The notes under the pieces were generated by a model, which was given only the letters and a program-made list of their open reading frames with translations, searched no databases and had not been told where the DNA came from. Shown in pieces: positions 25,423 to 34,052 of a stretch of 44,639 nucleotides of DNA. Every line of letters starts with the position of its first letter. Position 1 is the stretch's first letter. Source of the stretch: Dehalococcoidia bacterium (GTDB lineage Bacteria; Chloroflexota; Dehalococcoidia; DSTF01; JACRBR01); assembly GCA_036278595.1 (NCBI GenBank), contig DASUKS010000116.1:1-44639 (forward strand), written 5' to 3'. The position numbers and the translations under genes were made by a program.

Positions 25423-26853
25423 ATGGTCACGAAGATTACGCCGGAGATCGCCAACTCCGAGGGCTACAAGTTCGGGTTCAACGACAACGACCGCGCGACG
25501 TACACGTACCGGACCGAGAAGGGCCTGAACGAAGACGTCGTCCGCGAGATCTCGAAGGCCAAGAGCGAGCCGCAGTGGATGACGGACTTCCGTGTGAAGG
25601 CCTACCACCACTTCCTCGAGCGGCCGATGCCGACGGGATTCTGGGGCGGAAACATCCAGAACTACAAACTGGACTTCGATGACATCTACTACTTCGCGCG
25701 CGCGTCCGAACGCGCCGAGGGCGACTGGTCCGACGTGCCGTCGTACATCAAGGACACGTTCGACAAGCTCGGCATCCCTGAGGCCGAGAAGAACAAACTG
25801 ATCGCCGGTGTCGGGGCCCAGTACGACTCCGAGGTCGTGTACCACAGCATCCGCGAGGACCTCGAGAAGCTGGGCGTCATCTTCGTGGACACGGACACGG
25901 CGGTGCGCGACTACCCGGACATCGTCAAGCAGTACTTCGGGACAATCATTCCGCCGAACGACAACAAGTTCGCGGCGCTGAACAGCGCGGTCTGGTCCGG
26001 CGGCAGCTTCGTGTACGTGCCGGCGGGCGTGAAGGTCGACATTCCGCTGCAGGCCTACTTCCGGATCAACAAGGAGAACATGGGCCAGTTCGAGCGGACG
26101 CTGATCATCGCCGAGGAGGGCAGCTACGTCCACTACGTCGAGGGCTGCACGGCGCCGTCCTATTCGACGAACGCGCTGCACAGCGCCGTCGTCGAGATCG
26201 TCGTGAAGAAGGGCGCGCGCGTCCGCTACACGACGATCCAGAACTGGTCGACCAACGTCTTCAACCTGGTGACGAAGCGCGCCGCGGCGTACCAGGACGC
26301 GGTGATGGAGTGGGTCGACGGCAACCTCGGCTCGCGGCTCACGATGAAGTACCCGAGCGTGTACCTGATGGAGCCGGGAGCGCACGGCGAGGTCCTCTCG
26401 CTCGCGATGGCTTCGGATGGGCAGCACCAGGACGCGGGCGCGAAGATCGTGCACGCGGCGCCGGACACCACCTCGACGATCATCTCGAAGTCGGTCTCGC
26501 GCGGCAGCGGGCGGACGAGCTACCGCGGTGCGCTGAAGGTTTATCCGGGCGCCGAGCGCTCGAAGGCAACGGTGCGCTGCGACGCCCTGCTGCTCGACGA
26601 GAAGTCACGGTCGGACACGTACCCGCTGATGGAGATCGAGGAAGAGCGCGTGAACATCGGGCACGAAGCGTCGGTCTCGCGCGTCGGTGAGGAGCAGCTG
26701 TTCTATCTGCAGAGCCGCGGGCTCAGCGAGGTCGACGCGACGAAGATGATCGTCAACGGCTTCGTGGAGCCGATCGTGAAGGAACTGCCGATGGAATACG
26801 CGGTCGAGCTGAACCGACTCATCGAGCTCCAGATGGAGGGGGCGGTCGGCTAG
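25423..26853 (+). CDS. sufB: Fe-S cluster assembly scaffold SufB
   Basis: 476 aa with the conserved SufB core WSGGSFVYVP.GV, LIIAEEGS.V.Y.EGCTAP, HEASVSRVGEEQLFYLQSRGL. No intein-sized insertion. Confidence 0.95.
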   Translation: MVTKITPEIANSEGYKFGFNDNDRATYTYRTEKGLNEDVVREISKAKSEPQWMTDFRVKAYHHFLERPMPTGFWGGNIQNYKLDFDDIYYFARASERAEGDWSDVPSYIKDTFDKLGIPEAEKNKLIAGVGAQYDSEVVYHSIREDLEKLGVIFVDTDTAVRDYPDIVKQYFGTIIPPNDNKFAALNSAVWSGGSFVYVPAGVKVDIPLQAYFRINKENMGQFERTLIIAEEGSYVHYVEGCTAPSYSTNALHSAVVEIVVKKGARVRYTTIQNWSTNVFNLVTKRAAAYQDAVMEWVDGNLGSRLTMKYPSVYLMEPGAHGEVLSLAMASDGQHQDAGAKIVHAAPDTTSTIISKSVSRGSGRTSYRGALKVYPGAERSKATVRCDALLLDEKSRSDTYPLMEIEEERVNIGHEASVSRVGEEQLFYLQSRGLSEVDATKMIVNGFVEPIVKELPMEYAVELNRLIELQMEGAVG

Positions 26854-26935
26854 CGCGCCGGGCGCGCAGAACCTAAGACCAAGAACCGGTGCGACGGCCG
26901 CGGTGCGGTGCGACGCCGGATGAAGGACTGAGACA

Positions 26936-28318
26936 GTGACGCAGGACGTACTTACGGCGCCGGGGTTCACGCAGATCAGTGAACGGTCGGTCGAGGAGAT
27001 CGCGGCTCGTCGCGACGAGCCGGCGTGGCTGCGCGAGCAGCGGACGGCGGCGTGGCGGGCGTACGCGGCGATGGACTTCCCCGCGCTGACCGACGAGGAG
27101 TGGCGGCGCACCGACGTGCGCGCGATGACGTTCGAGGGCGTGCGCGCGCTGAGCGCATCGGCGCCCATCAGCGGGCCGGACCAGTTGCCGGAGACGCTGC
27201 GCGGCGCGTGGGAGCCCAGCGAGCGCTTCGCCGGCCGGCTCGTCCAGCACGATTCGGACGTTGTCTTCACGCAGCTGGCAGACGGCCTGCGGGCGAAGGG
27301 CGTCATCCTCAGCGACCTGCACACGGCGGCGCGCGAGCATCCGGACCTGGTGCGGAAGTACCTGTCGGTCGCGGTACCGGCGGACGAGTGGAAGTACCTG
27401 GCGTTGAACGCGGCCCTGTGGAGCGGCGGTTGCTTCCTGTACGTGCCGCGCGGCGTGCAGATCGAAGAGCCCGTGCAGCTTTCGACGCTTGTGGGCGCCG
27501 AGTCGCTCGGCGTGTTCCCGCACACGGTCATCATCGCCGAGGACGGGAGTCGCGTGGCGTTCATCGATGAGACGCTGTCGCCGGACCGGGAGCAGCGGAC
27601 ATTCGTCAGCGGCGCTGTCGAGATCTACGCGGGCGGCGGCGCCACCGTTGAGTACTACGCGGTGAACCGCTGGGGACGCGGCGTCTACAACTTCAACACC
27701 GTGCGCGCGCGCCTGGGGCGTGACGCGCAGTTCACCGCGATGGCGGTCGGCCTCGGTGCAACGATGACGAAGATGCGCATCGACACCGGCATGCCCGAGC
27801 CCGGCGCATCGGCGAAGCTGCTCGGGATCACGTTCGGCGACGGCGACCAGCACTTCGACTACAACACGCTGCAGGACCATGCCGGCGCGCACACGACGAG
27901 CGACCTGCAGTTCAAGTCGGCGATGACGGACAGCTCGTCGCTCGTGTGGTACGGGATCACGCGCATCGAGCCGACGGCGAGCGCGAGCGAGGCGAACCAG
28001 ACGTCGCGCAACCTGCTGCTCAGCGAGCACGCGAAGGCGGCGCCGATCCCGATCCTCGAGATCGAGGCATGGGACGTCACGAAGTGCAGCCACGGCGCCA
28101 CGGCGGGGCCGGTCGACGAGAACGAGTTGTTTTACCTGGAGGCGCGCGCGATCCCGCACGACGTCGCCGAGCGGATGCTCGTCGAGGGATTCTTCCGTGA
28201 CGTATTAGACCGCGTGCCCAGCGAACCGATGCGCGCGCGCCTGCTGCAGGCCGTGCTCGCGAAGGCGGGCGGCGGCACGGAGAGCCTCACGTACGACGAG
28301 TTGGTGGCGGCGGGCTAG
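26936..28318 (+). CDS. sufD: Fe-S cluster assembly protein SufD
   Basis: GTG start 8 nt after GAAGGA. 460 aa SufB/SufD-family beta-helix protein (LWSGGCFLYVPRGV, HGATAGPVDENELFYLEARAI) lacking the SufB Cys-rich N-terminus. Confidence 0.9.
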   Translation: MTQDVLTAPGFTQISERSVEEIAARRDEPAWLREQRTAAWRAYAAMDFPALTDEEWRRTDVRAMTFEGVRALSASAPISGPDQLPETLRGAWEPSERFAGRLVQHDSDVVFTQLADGLRAKGVILSDLHTAAREHPDLVRKYLSVAVPADEWKYLALNAALWSGGCFLYVPRGVQIEEPVQLSTLVGAESLGVFPHTVIIAEDGSRVAFIDETLSPDREQRTFVSGAVEIYAGGGATVEYYAVNRWGRGVYNFNTVRARLGRDAQFTAMAVGLGATMTKMRIDTGMPEPGASAKLLGITFGDGDQHFDYNTLQDHAGAHTTSDLQFKSAMTDSSSLVWYGITRIEPTASASEANQTSRNLLLSEHAKAAPIPILEIEAWDVTKCSHGATAGPVDENELFYLEARAIPHDVAERMLVEGFFRDVLDRVPSEPMRARLLQAVLAKAGGGTESLTYDELVAAG

Positions 28319-28330
28319 AGATCCGAGGCA

Positions 28331-28672
28331 ATGGCGATGAGCGAAGGGACGCAGAGCGACGTGGCGAACTTCGTACCGGTAGCGAAGACGAGCGAGATCC
28401 CGCCGGGACGGATCAACGTGTACGAGGTCGACGGCATTCGGATCGCGCTGTGCAACGTCAACGGGCGCTTCTATGCGATCGACGACGTGTGCACGCACGA
28501 CGGCGGGCCGCTGGACCAGGGCGTGCTCGAAGACAACCTCGTCGAGTGCCCGCGGCACGGTGCGAAGTTCGACGTGATCACCGGACGCGCGGTCGTGTTA
28601 CCCGCGGTGCGGCCCGTGCGCACGTACCCGCTCGAGATCGAGGGGGACGACGTGAAGGTGAGCGTCGACTGA
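28331..28672 (+). CDS. Rieske-type [2Fe-2S] ferredoxin
   Basis: 113 aa with CTHDGGPL and CPRHGAKF, the two Rieske ligand boxes (CxH...CxxH). Confidence 0.9.
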   Translation: MAMSEGTQSDVANFVPVAKTSEIPPGRINVYEVDGIRIALCNVNGRFYAIDDVCTHDGGPLDQGVLEDNLVECPRHGAKFDVITGRAVVLPAVRPVRTYPLEIEGDDVKVSVD

Positions 28673-29931
28673 TGACCTACGACATCGATCGGGTGCGGGC
28701 GGACTTCCCGATCCTCGAGCGGAAGGTGCACGGCAAGCCGCTCGTGTACCTGGACAACGCGGCGACGACGCAGAAGCCGCGGCAGGTGATCAACGCGCTC
28801 GTGCACTACTACGAGCACTACAACGCGAACATCCATCGCGGGCTGCACACGCTCGCGGAGGAAGCGACGGCGGCGTACGAGGCTTCGCGCGTGAAGGTCG
28901 GGCGCTTCATCGACGCGCCGCACCCCGAGCAGGAGATCATCTTCACCAGGAACACGACCGAGTCGATCAACCTCGTCGCGAACGCGTGGGGGCGGAAGTT
29001 CCTGCGGCCCGGCGATGAGATCCTGTTCTCGGCCATGGAGCATCACAGCAACCTGCTGCCGTGGCAGCTCATCGCGGCGGCGACCGGCGCGAAGCTGCGC
29101 TACATCGAGCTGGACGAGACCGGGCACCTGCTGTGGGACGATGCGGTCGCCAAGATCAACGAGCGCACGAAGGTCGTCGCCGTCACGCAGATGTCGAACG
29201 TGCTCGGCACGATCAACCCGGTGAAGGAGCTGGCCGCGCTCGCCCATCGCGCCGGGGCTGTCATGCTCGTCGATGGCGCGCAGAGCGTGCCGCATATGCC
29301 GGTCGACGTTCGGGACCTCGACTGCGACTTCCTGGCGTTTTCGGCGCACAAGATGCTCGGGCCGACCGGCGTCGGCGTGCTGTACGGCAAGCGCCACTTG
29401 CTCGACGCGATGGACCCGTTCCTGGGGGGCGGCGAGATGATCAGCCGCGTGACGTACGAGTCGAGCACGTACGCGGACTTGCCGCACAAGTTTGAAGCGG
29501 GGACGCCGAACATCGCCGACGTTATCGCCTTCGCGCCCGCTATCGACTACCTGGAGACGCTGGGGATGGGCGCCGTGCGCGAGCACGAGCGCGAGCTCAC
29601 CCAGTACGCGATCGATGCGCTGCGCGCGGTCGAGGGTGTGACGCTCTACGGGCCGCTGGACGCGACCGAGCGCGGCGGCGCCGTGACGTTCAACTACGGC
29701 GACCTGCACCCGCACGACCTGAGCCAGGTGCTCGACGCGGAAGGCATCGCGATCCGGGCGGGTCACCACTGCGCGCAGCCGCTGATGCGGGAGTTGGGCG
29801 TGGTCGCGACGGCCCGGGCCAGCTTCTATCTGTACAATCGAAGTGACGAAGTCGATGCGCTGACGAACGCGCTCGGCGCAGCGGACAGGATTTTCGGGAA
29901 TGCCAGCACAGCCAGAGCCGGTGCTCGATGA
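28672..29931 (+). CDS. sufS: Cysteine desulfurase SufS (group II)
   Basis: ATG 28672 overlaps the Rieske stop (TGATG). Contains YLDNAATTQKP, NIHRG.H.LA, FSAHKMLGPTGVGVLYG (PLP lysine) and RAGHHCAQPLM (catalytic Cys). Confidence 0.95.
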   Translation: MTYDIDRVRADFPILERKVHGKPLVYLDNAATTQKPRQVINALVHYYEHYNANIHRGLHTLAEEATAAYEASRVKVGRFIDAPHPEQEIIFTRNTTESINLVANAWGRKFLRPGDEILFSAMEHHSNLLPWQLIAAATGAKLRYIELDETGHLLWDDAVAKINERTKVVAVTQMSNVLGTINPVKELAALAHRAGAVMLVDGAQSVPHMPVDVRDLDCDFLAFSAHKMLGPTGVGVLYGKRHLLDAMDPFLGGGEMISRVTYESSTYADLPHKFEAGTPNIADVIAFAPAIDYLETLGMGAVREHERELTQYAIDALRAVEGVTLYGPLDATERGGAVTFNYGDLHPHDLSQVLDAEGIAIRAGHHCAQPLMRELGVVATARASFYLYNRSDEVDALTNALGAADRIFGNASTARAGAR

Positions 29932-30376
29932 GCTCTATCGAGAGCTGATCCTCGACCACTACAAGAACCCGCGGCACCACAAAACGCTGCCTTCGCCCGA
30001 CGTCACGGCCGAGGGCTACAACCCCGTCTGTGGCGACGAAGTGGCGATGCAGCTCGACTTCGAGGGCGACACGCTCGAGGACATCGGCCTGAACGGGCGC
30101 GGGTGCTCGATCAGCCAGGCATCCGGTTCGATGATGTCGGAGCTGGTGACGGGCAAGAGCATCGACGAGATCCGGCGGCTGAGCGCGGAGTTCACCGATA
30201 TGCTGCGCGAGCCGGACGCGCAGACGCCGGAGGATCTCGGCGACCTTGAGGCGCTGCAGGGCGTCGCGAAGTTCGCGGTGCGGGTGAAGTGTGCGACGTT
30301 GCCGTGGCGCACGCTGGAGGACGGGATCGCGCAGCACGAGCGCGGCGACGGCGACGTGCAGCACGAAGAGCTGTAG
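29900..30376 (+). CDS. sufU: SufU-type sulfur-transfer protein (IscU-like, Zn-dependent)
   Basis: Contains LYRELILDHYKNPRH, NPVCGDEV, GRGCSISQAS and VKCATLPW. ATG 29900 overlaps the sufS 3' end by 32 nt. An alternative GTG at 29921 would overlap by 11 nt. Confidence 0.9.
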   Translation: MPAQPEPVLDELYRELILDHYKNPRHHKTLPSPDVTAEGYNPVCGDEVAMQLDFEGDTLEDIGLNGRGCSISQASGSMMSELVTGKSIDEIRRLSAEFTDMLREPDAQTPEDLGDLEALQGVAKFAVRVKCATLPWRTLEDGIAQHERGDGDVQHEEL

Positions 30377-30488
30377 GCGGGGGAAGCGCCGGGAACCGAA
30401 AACTGCGGCAGCGCAACGAGCAGACACCAAGGGGCGCAGGAACGGCCGGGTGCCAAGTGAACAGACACCAGTACCAGGAGAGCAGGAC

Positions 30489-30809
30489 ATGAGTGTGCAG
30501 GGGTTGCTTTCAGACGAGTTGATCATGGAGCGGTTGAAGGATGTCTTCGACCCGGAGATCCACATGAGCATCGTCGAGCTCGGCCTCGTCTACGACGTGT
30601 CGGTCGAGGACGACGGCACGGTGGAGGTCCTCTACACGCTCACCAGCCCCGGTTGCCCGCTTGGGCCGATTATCGACGGACAGATCCAGGACGTGCTGGT
30701 GGACCTGCCGGGGGTGAAGCGCGTGAACGCGAAGCTCACGTTCTCGCCGCCGTGGGACCCGCGGACGATGGCGTCGGACGACGTGAAGATGCAGCTCGGG
30801 ATCTGGTAG
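30489..30809 (+). CDS. sufT: SufT / DUF59 (MIP18-family) Fe-S assembly protein
   Basis: Internal ATG of ORF 30291..30809. 106 aa with VFDPEIHMSIVELGLVY, TLTSPGCPL and WDP, typical of DUF59/PaaD-like proteins. Last gene of the suf cluster. Confidence 0.88.
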   Translation: MSVQGLLSDELIMERLKDVFDPEIHMSIVELGLVYDVSVEDDGTVEVLYTLTSPGCPLGPIIDGQIQDVLVDLPGVKRVNAKLTFSPPWDPRTMASDDVKMQLGIW

Positions 30810-30850
30810 GGCGCGCGCGGCCGCGAAGAACGCGCCGGGCCTGGTGTCGG

Positions 30851-30951
30851 GCAGACAGCAGATAGCAGACCGCAGAGCGGCGCTTCGCGCGAGGGGCGAC
30901 GAGCGCGCGGGCGAGGGGGACGTCGAACGCCGCGGCGCTTCGCCATCTGTG
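30851..30951. repeat. Short CAGA-oligomer element in the sufT / LuxR-A convergent spacer
   Basis: GCAGACAGCAGATAGCAGACCGCAGAG (30851-30877) faces the inverted CATCTGTG (30944-30951). An internal 12-nt direct repeat GCGGCGCTTCGC occurs at 30877 and 30932. Same oligomer style as the 8647-8887 element. Confidence 0.35.
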
Positions 30952-30962
30952 CGCCATCCCGG

Positions 30963-32369
30963 CTAGCCGGACGCGATGAATTCCTCGCCGCTCGGTACCT
31001 GCACAATTGGTGCGAGCAGGTCGCCGGAGTCGAGGTCGAGGATACGGATCTCGCCGGGCCGCAGCAGCGCGACGGTGTTCGCCGTGAGCGGCGTGACGTC
31101 TGACCAGGTGCCGTCGACCGGGATCTTCCTGAAGTGCGACGGGTCGCGCTCGTCGTACACGATGACCCCGTTGACCTGGCCGGCGCCGATCGAGGTCGAG
31201 TAGGGGAGGAGGCGGTCGCCGCCGGACATGAGTTGCGCGTCGGTCACCGAGATGCGGTCGTCGCCGCCGAACGATGCCTCCGGATGGGTCGCCTCGCTGG
31301 TGCGCACGACTGCGTCCATGAACACGACGTAGTACTTGCCCGCGGCGTCGCGTCCCGCGTCGACTTCGCGCACGGTGCGCGGGCCACTTGGTCCGTCTTC
31401 GAGCGGCAGCTTTGCGACGGGCGACAAGACGTCGGTCGTGACGGTGCTGAGCTTTACCGTCTCCGATCCCTCGATCGCGCACATCGCAAGCACACCGCCG
31501 TCACTCGTCTTGAGCAACGACGGATAGGTGCAGGCGGACGGGAGTGGCAGAGTTCTCACCAGCACGCGTTGTTCGAGGTCGATCACGCCGACTGAGGCGT
31601 GCTGGCACATGACTCCATCACCCACACAGCCGGGTTCTGCCGGCACGATCCGGCCGTAGAAGAGGTAGCGCCCGTCGTCGCTGAGCTCGATCGATGGCGC
31701 GTACAGCGTCTCGACCGCGCGGTCGGGCATCGCGATGGTGCTCGGCGCCGCAGAGAGGTCATCGAGGTCGTAGATGCGGAGCGTCGGCGAAGTTACGGCC
31801 GGCCCGGGCCCGAACGCCTGCGCGACGAGCAACTGATGCGCGGACTGGCGTACGGCGACCCACGGCCGATAGCCGGCCTGTATCTCACCGAGCGTCGCGA
31901 GCGTCGATGGATCGAGCACCGTGATCTCACCCGAGTCCTGATTGATGGCGACGAGCGCGGCGGCATCACGTGCGGCATCGGCGATTGTGCGCGGCGGGCT
32001 GTCCGCGCGGCCGCTCGTGCGGAGCACACCCCATGCGAGCAGCGCGATGCCAATCGCCGCGAGCGCGAGCATGCTGCCGGCGGCCACGCGCGCGGGTGCG
32101 CCGAAGCCTTCGACGCGCCGGAGCAGGCCGAGCGGCGCGACAAGCCATGTGCGGCGCTCGGCCGTCGGCTGCCATGCGGCGGCTTCCTCTCGCGATGAGA
32201 CGCCGAGCTTGCCGAGGATCTGCGAGACGTGGAAGCGCGCCGTGGTGAACGATATCCCGAGCGCCTGCGCGATCTCGTCGTTCGTACGATGATCACGAAG
32301 CAGCGCGAGGACCTCCCATTCGCGTGGTGTCAGGATATCGGGGTGCTTCGGGCGTCCGCGTCCTCGCAT
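30963..32369 (-). CDS. Membrane-tethered LuxR/GerE-HTH regulator with propeller-like ectodomain, paralogue A
   Basis: 468 aa. HTH LTPREWEVLALLRDHRTNDEIAQALGISFTTARFHVSQILGKLGV. Single TM segment MLALAAIGIALLAWGVL. C-terminal 350 aa has repeated beta-strand motifs (SDDGRYLFY, TSDGGVLAM). Confidence 0.85.
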   Translation of the reverse strand: MRGRGRPKHPDILTPREWEVLALLRDHRTNDEIAQALGISFTTARFHVSQILGKLGVSSREEAAAWQPTAERRTWLVAPLGLLRRVEGFGAPARVAAGSMLALAAIGIALLAWGVLRTSGRADSPPRTIADAARDAAALVAINQDSGEITVLDPSTLATLGEIQAGYRPWVAVRQSAHQLLVAQAFGPGPAVTSPTLRIYDLDDLSAAPSTIAMPDRAVETLYAPSIELSDDGRYLFYGRIVPAEPGCVGDGVMCQHASVGVIDLEQRVLVRTLPLPSACTYPSLLKTSDGGVLAMCAIEGSETVKLSTVTTDVLSPVAKLPLEDGPSGPRTVREVDAGRDAAGKYYVVFMDAVVRTSEATHPEASFGGDDRISVTDAQLMSGGDRLLPYSTSIGAGQVNGVIVYDERDPSHFRKIPVDGTWSDVTPLTANTVALLRPGEIRILDLDSGDLLAPIVQVPSGEEFIASG

Positions 32370-32405
32370 GGACTCGATCGTACGCCAACGGTGGCGGAAT
32401 TACAC
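32370..32405 (-). promoter_or_regulatory. Candidate leaderless promoter of paralogue A
   Basis: Minus strand reads GTGTAA, 17 nt, TACGAT, 7 nt, ATG, with no SD. The same geometry and hexamers occur upstream of paralogue C. Confidence 0.4.
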
Positions 32406-32452
32406 CGGACGGTCGCCGAGCAGATACGTCACGACTTGAGCGCGATCGGCAG

Positions 32453-33943
32453 CTAGCGCTGAGCGCTGGTGGGCGCGGCGCTCGACGACACGATGACCAT
32501 GCTGCCGTCCGGCGTCCATTCGGCGTGCGAGCAGAAGCCGAACGCCGTGTTGAAGTCGCCGGCAGCCGGACGGATCGATGCGAGCTCGGTCCAGGTGAAG
32601 CCCGGCGCCTTGTTGGTGTTCGGTGTCGAGGGCGGCGTCTGCATGTCGAACAGCGCGCACCGCTGGCCGTTGTCCGCCCCGGTATACGCGATGGCGTAGC
32701 GTCCATTCGGTGAGATCGACACGACCGGACAGCACGATGAGCGGACGATCGATGGGACCGGCGCCGGTTGCCCGCCGAACAGCGGGACGAAGGTCTGGCT
32801 CGTATTGAACTGCGGGTCGACGTGACCGGCGCTGAACGTGACGAGCAGGCGGTTGGCGCCGGCCCACTGCGCCGACGACAGCTCGCCCTTGTAGCCGCTC
32901 CAGACGCGGTCGAACGACGCGCCCGGCACGGCGTACACCTCGAAGTCCGGCGGGTTATCGCAGCTCGCGACGGTGGGGGCGCACGGCGCCCGCCGCTCGA
33001 CCAGCAGGTACTTGCCGTCCGGCGACCACGGGTTCGGCGCCAGATCGATCAGGCTCTGGTCGTTGAAGTCCTGCTCGACCGCGGTGCCGCCTCCCGCGAA
33101 TCCGATCAGCCGTCCGACGGCGTGGTTGACGTAGATGACGCGCCCCGGATGGACGTTACCGCCCTTGTCGTATGTACCGAACGCGAGCCAGGCGATGGCG
33201 AGCCCGTCCGGGGCGAAGGCGAGGTGGCGGGCTCCGGTGAGAAACGTGCCTCCGCCGCCGTCAGGAAGCGCCGACACGATGTACTGATCGTCGGTGCGGC
33301 CGACGAGGACCGCCGAGCCATCGGGCACGGGCACGACGTCGCTCGTGAGGTTGCCCTGCGTCATCGGCGACTCGACGCGCTGTCCATCGAGACCGTACAC
33401 GCCGTAGCTTGCACCATCACCGCCCGCAAGAAACGTCTCGCCGGCCTTGAACCAGCGTGCATCCGGTGCGTCCCAGTCCACGGGCAGGCGCCGTGCGACG
33501 TGCGCGTTCAGGTCGAATAGCATCACGCTCGGGTGCGTGGTCTTCGCGTCTTCGACGCGCCAGGCGCCCGCGCCCGACGCGCCGCCGTCCGTCGTGAACA
33601 CGCCCCACGCGAGCAACGCGACGCCGACCGCGGCGAGCGCGACGACGCCGCCCGCGGCCACGCGCGCGGGCGCGCCGAAGCCTTCGATGCGGCGCAGCAG
33701 CCCGAGCGGCGCGAGGAGCCACGAGCGGCGTTCGGGCGGCGGCTGCCACGCGGCGGCGTCTTCCCGCGAGGTGACGTCGAGGCGCGCGAACAGCTCGGAG
33801 ATGTGGAACTTCACGCCGGCAAGGCTGAGGCCCAGGCGGGCGGCGATCTCGTCGTTGGTCAGCCCCTCGCGGACAAGATCCAGCACCTCCCACTGGCGTG
33901 GCGTCAGGATGTCGGGATGGCGTCGTCTGCCGCGCGATTTCAT
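32453..33943 (-). CDS. Membrane-tethered LuxR/GerE-HTH regulator with PD40/TolB-like ectodomain, paralogue B
   Basis: 496 aa. HTH LTPRQWEVLDLVREGLTNDEIAARLGLSLAGVKFHISELFARL. TM segment VVALAAVGVALLAWGVF. Ectodomain carries WSPDGKYLLV, SISPNGRYAIAY and EWTPDGSMVIV. Confidence 0.85.
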   Translation of the reverse strand: MKSRGRRRHPDILTPRQWEVLDLVREGLTNDEIAARLGLSLAGVKFHISELFARLDVTSREDAAAWQPPPERRSWLLAPLGLLRRIEGFGAPARVAAGGVVALAAVGVALLAWGVFTTDGGASGAGAWRVEDAKTTHPSVMLFDLNAHVARRLPVDWDAPDARWFKAGETFLAGGDGASYGVYGLDGQRVESPMTQGNLTSDVVPVPDGSAVLVGRTDDQYIVSALPDGGGGTFLTGARHLAFAPDGLAIAWLAFGTYDKGGNVHPGRVIYVNHAVGRLIGFAGGGTAVEQDFNDQSLIDLAPNPWSPDGKYLLVERRAPCAPTVASCDNPPDFEVYAVPGASFDRVWSGYKGELSSAQWAGANRLLVTFSAGHVDPQFNTSQTFVPLFGGQPAPVPSIVRSSCCPVVSISPNGRYAIAYTGADNGQRCALFDMQTPPSTPNTNKAPGFTWTELASIRPAAGDFNTAFGFCSHAEWTPDGSMVIVSSSAAPTSAQR

Positions 33944-34052
33944 GTGGCCTCGCGGCCTATCGTATCGCCTGCCGCGCAGCTATTGACCTAGCCGATACCT
34001 GTGCAATTCCTTCAGGTTTCAGGTGTGGCTGCCGGACGGAAGGCGGCGGCGA

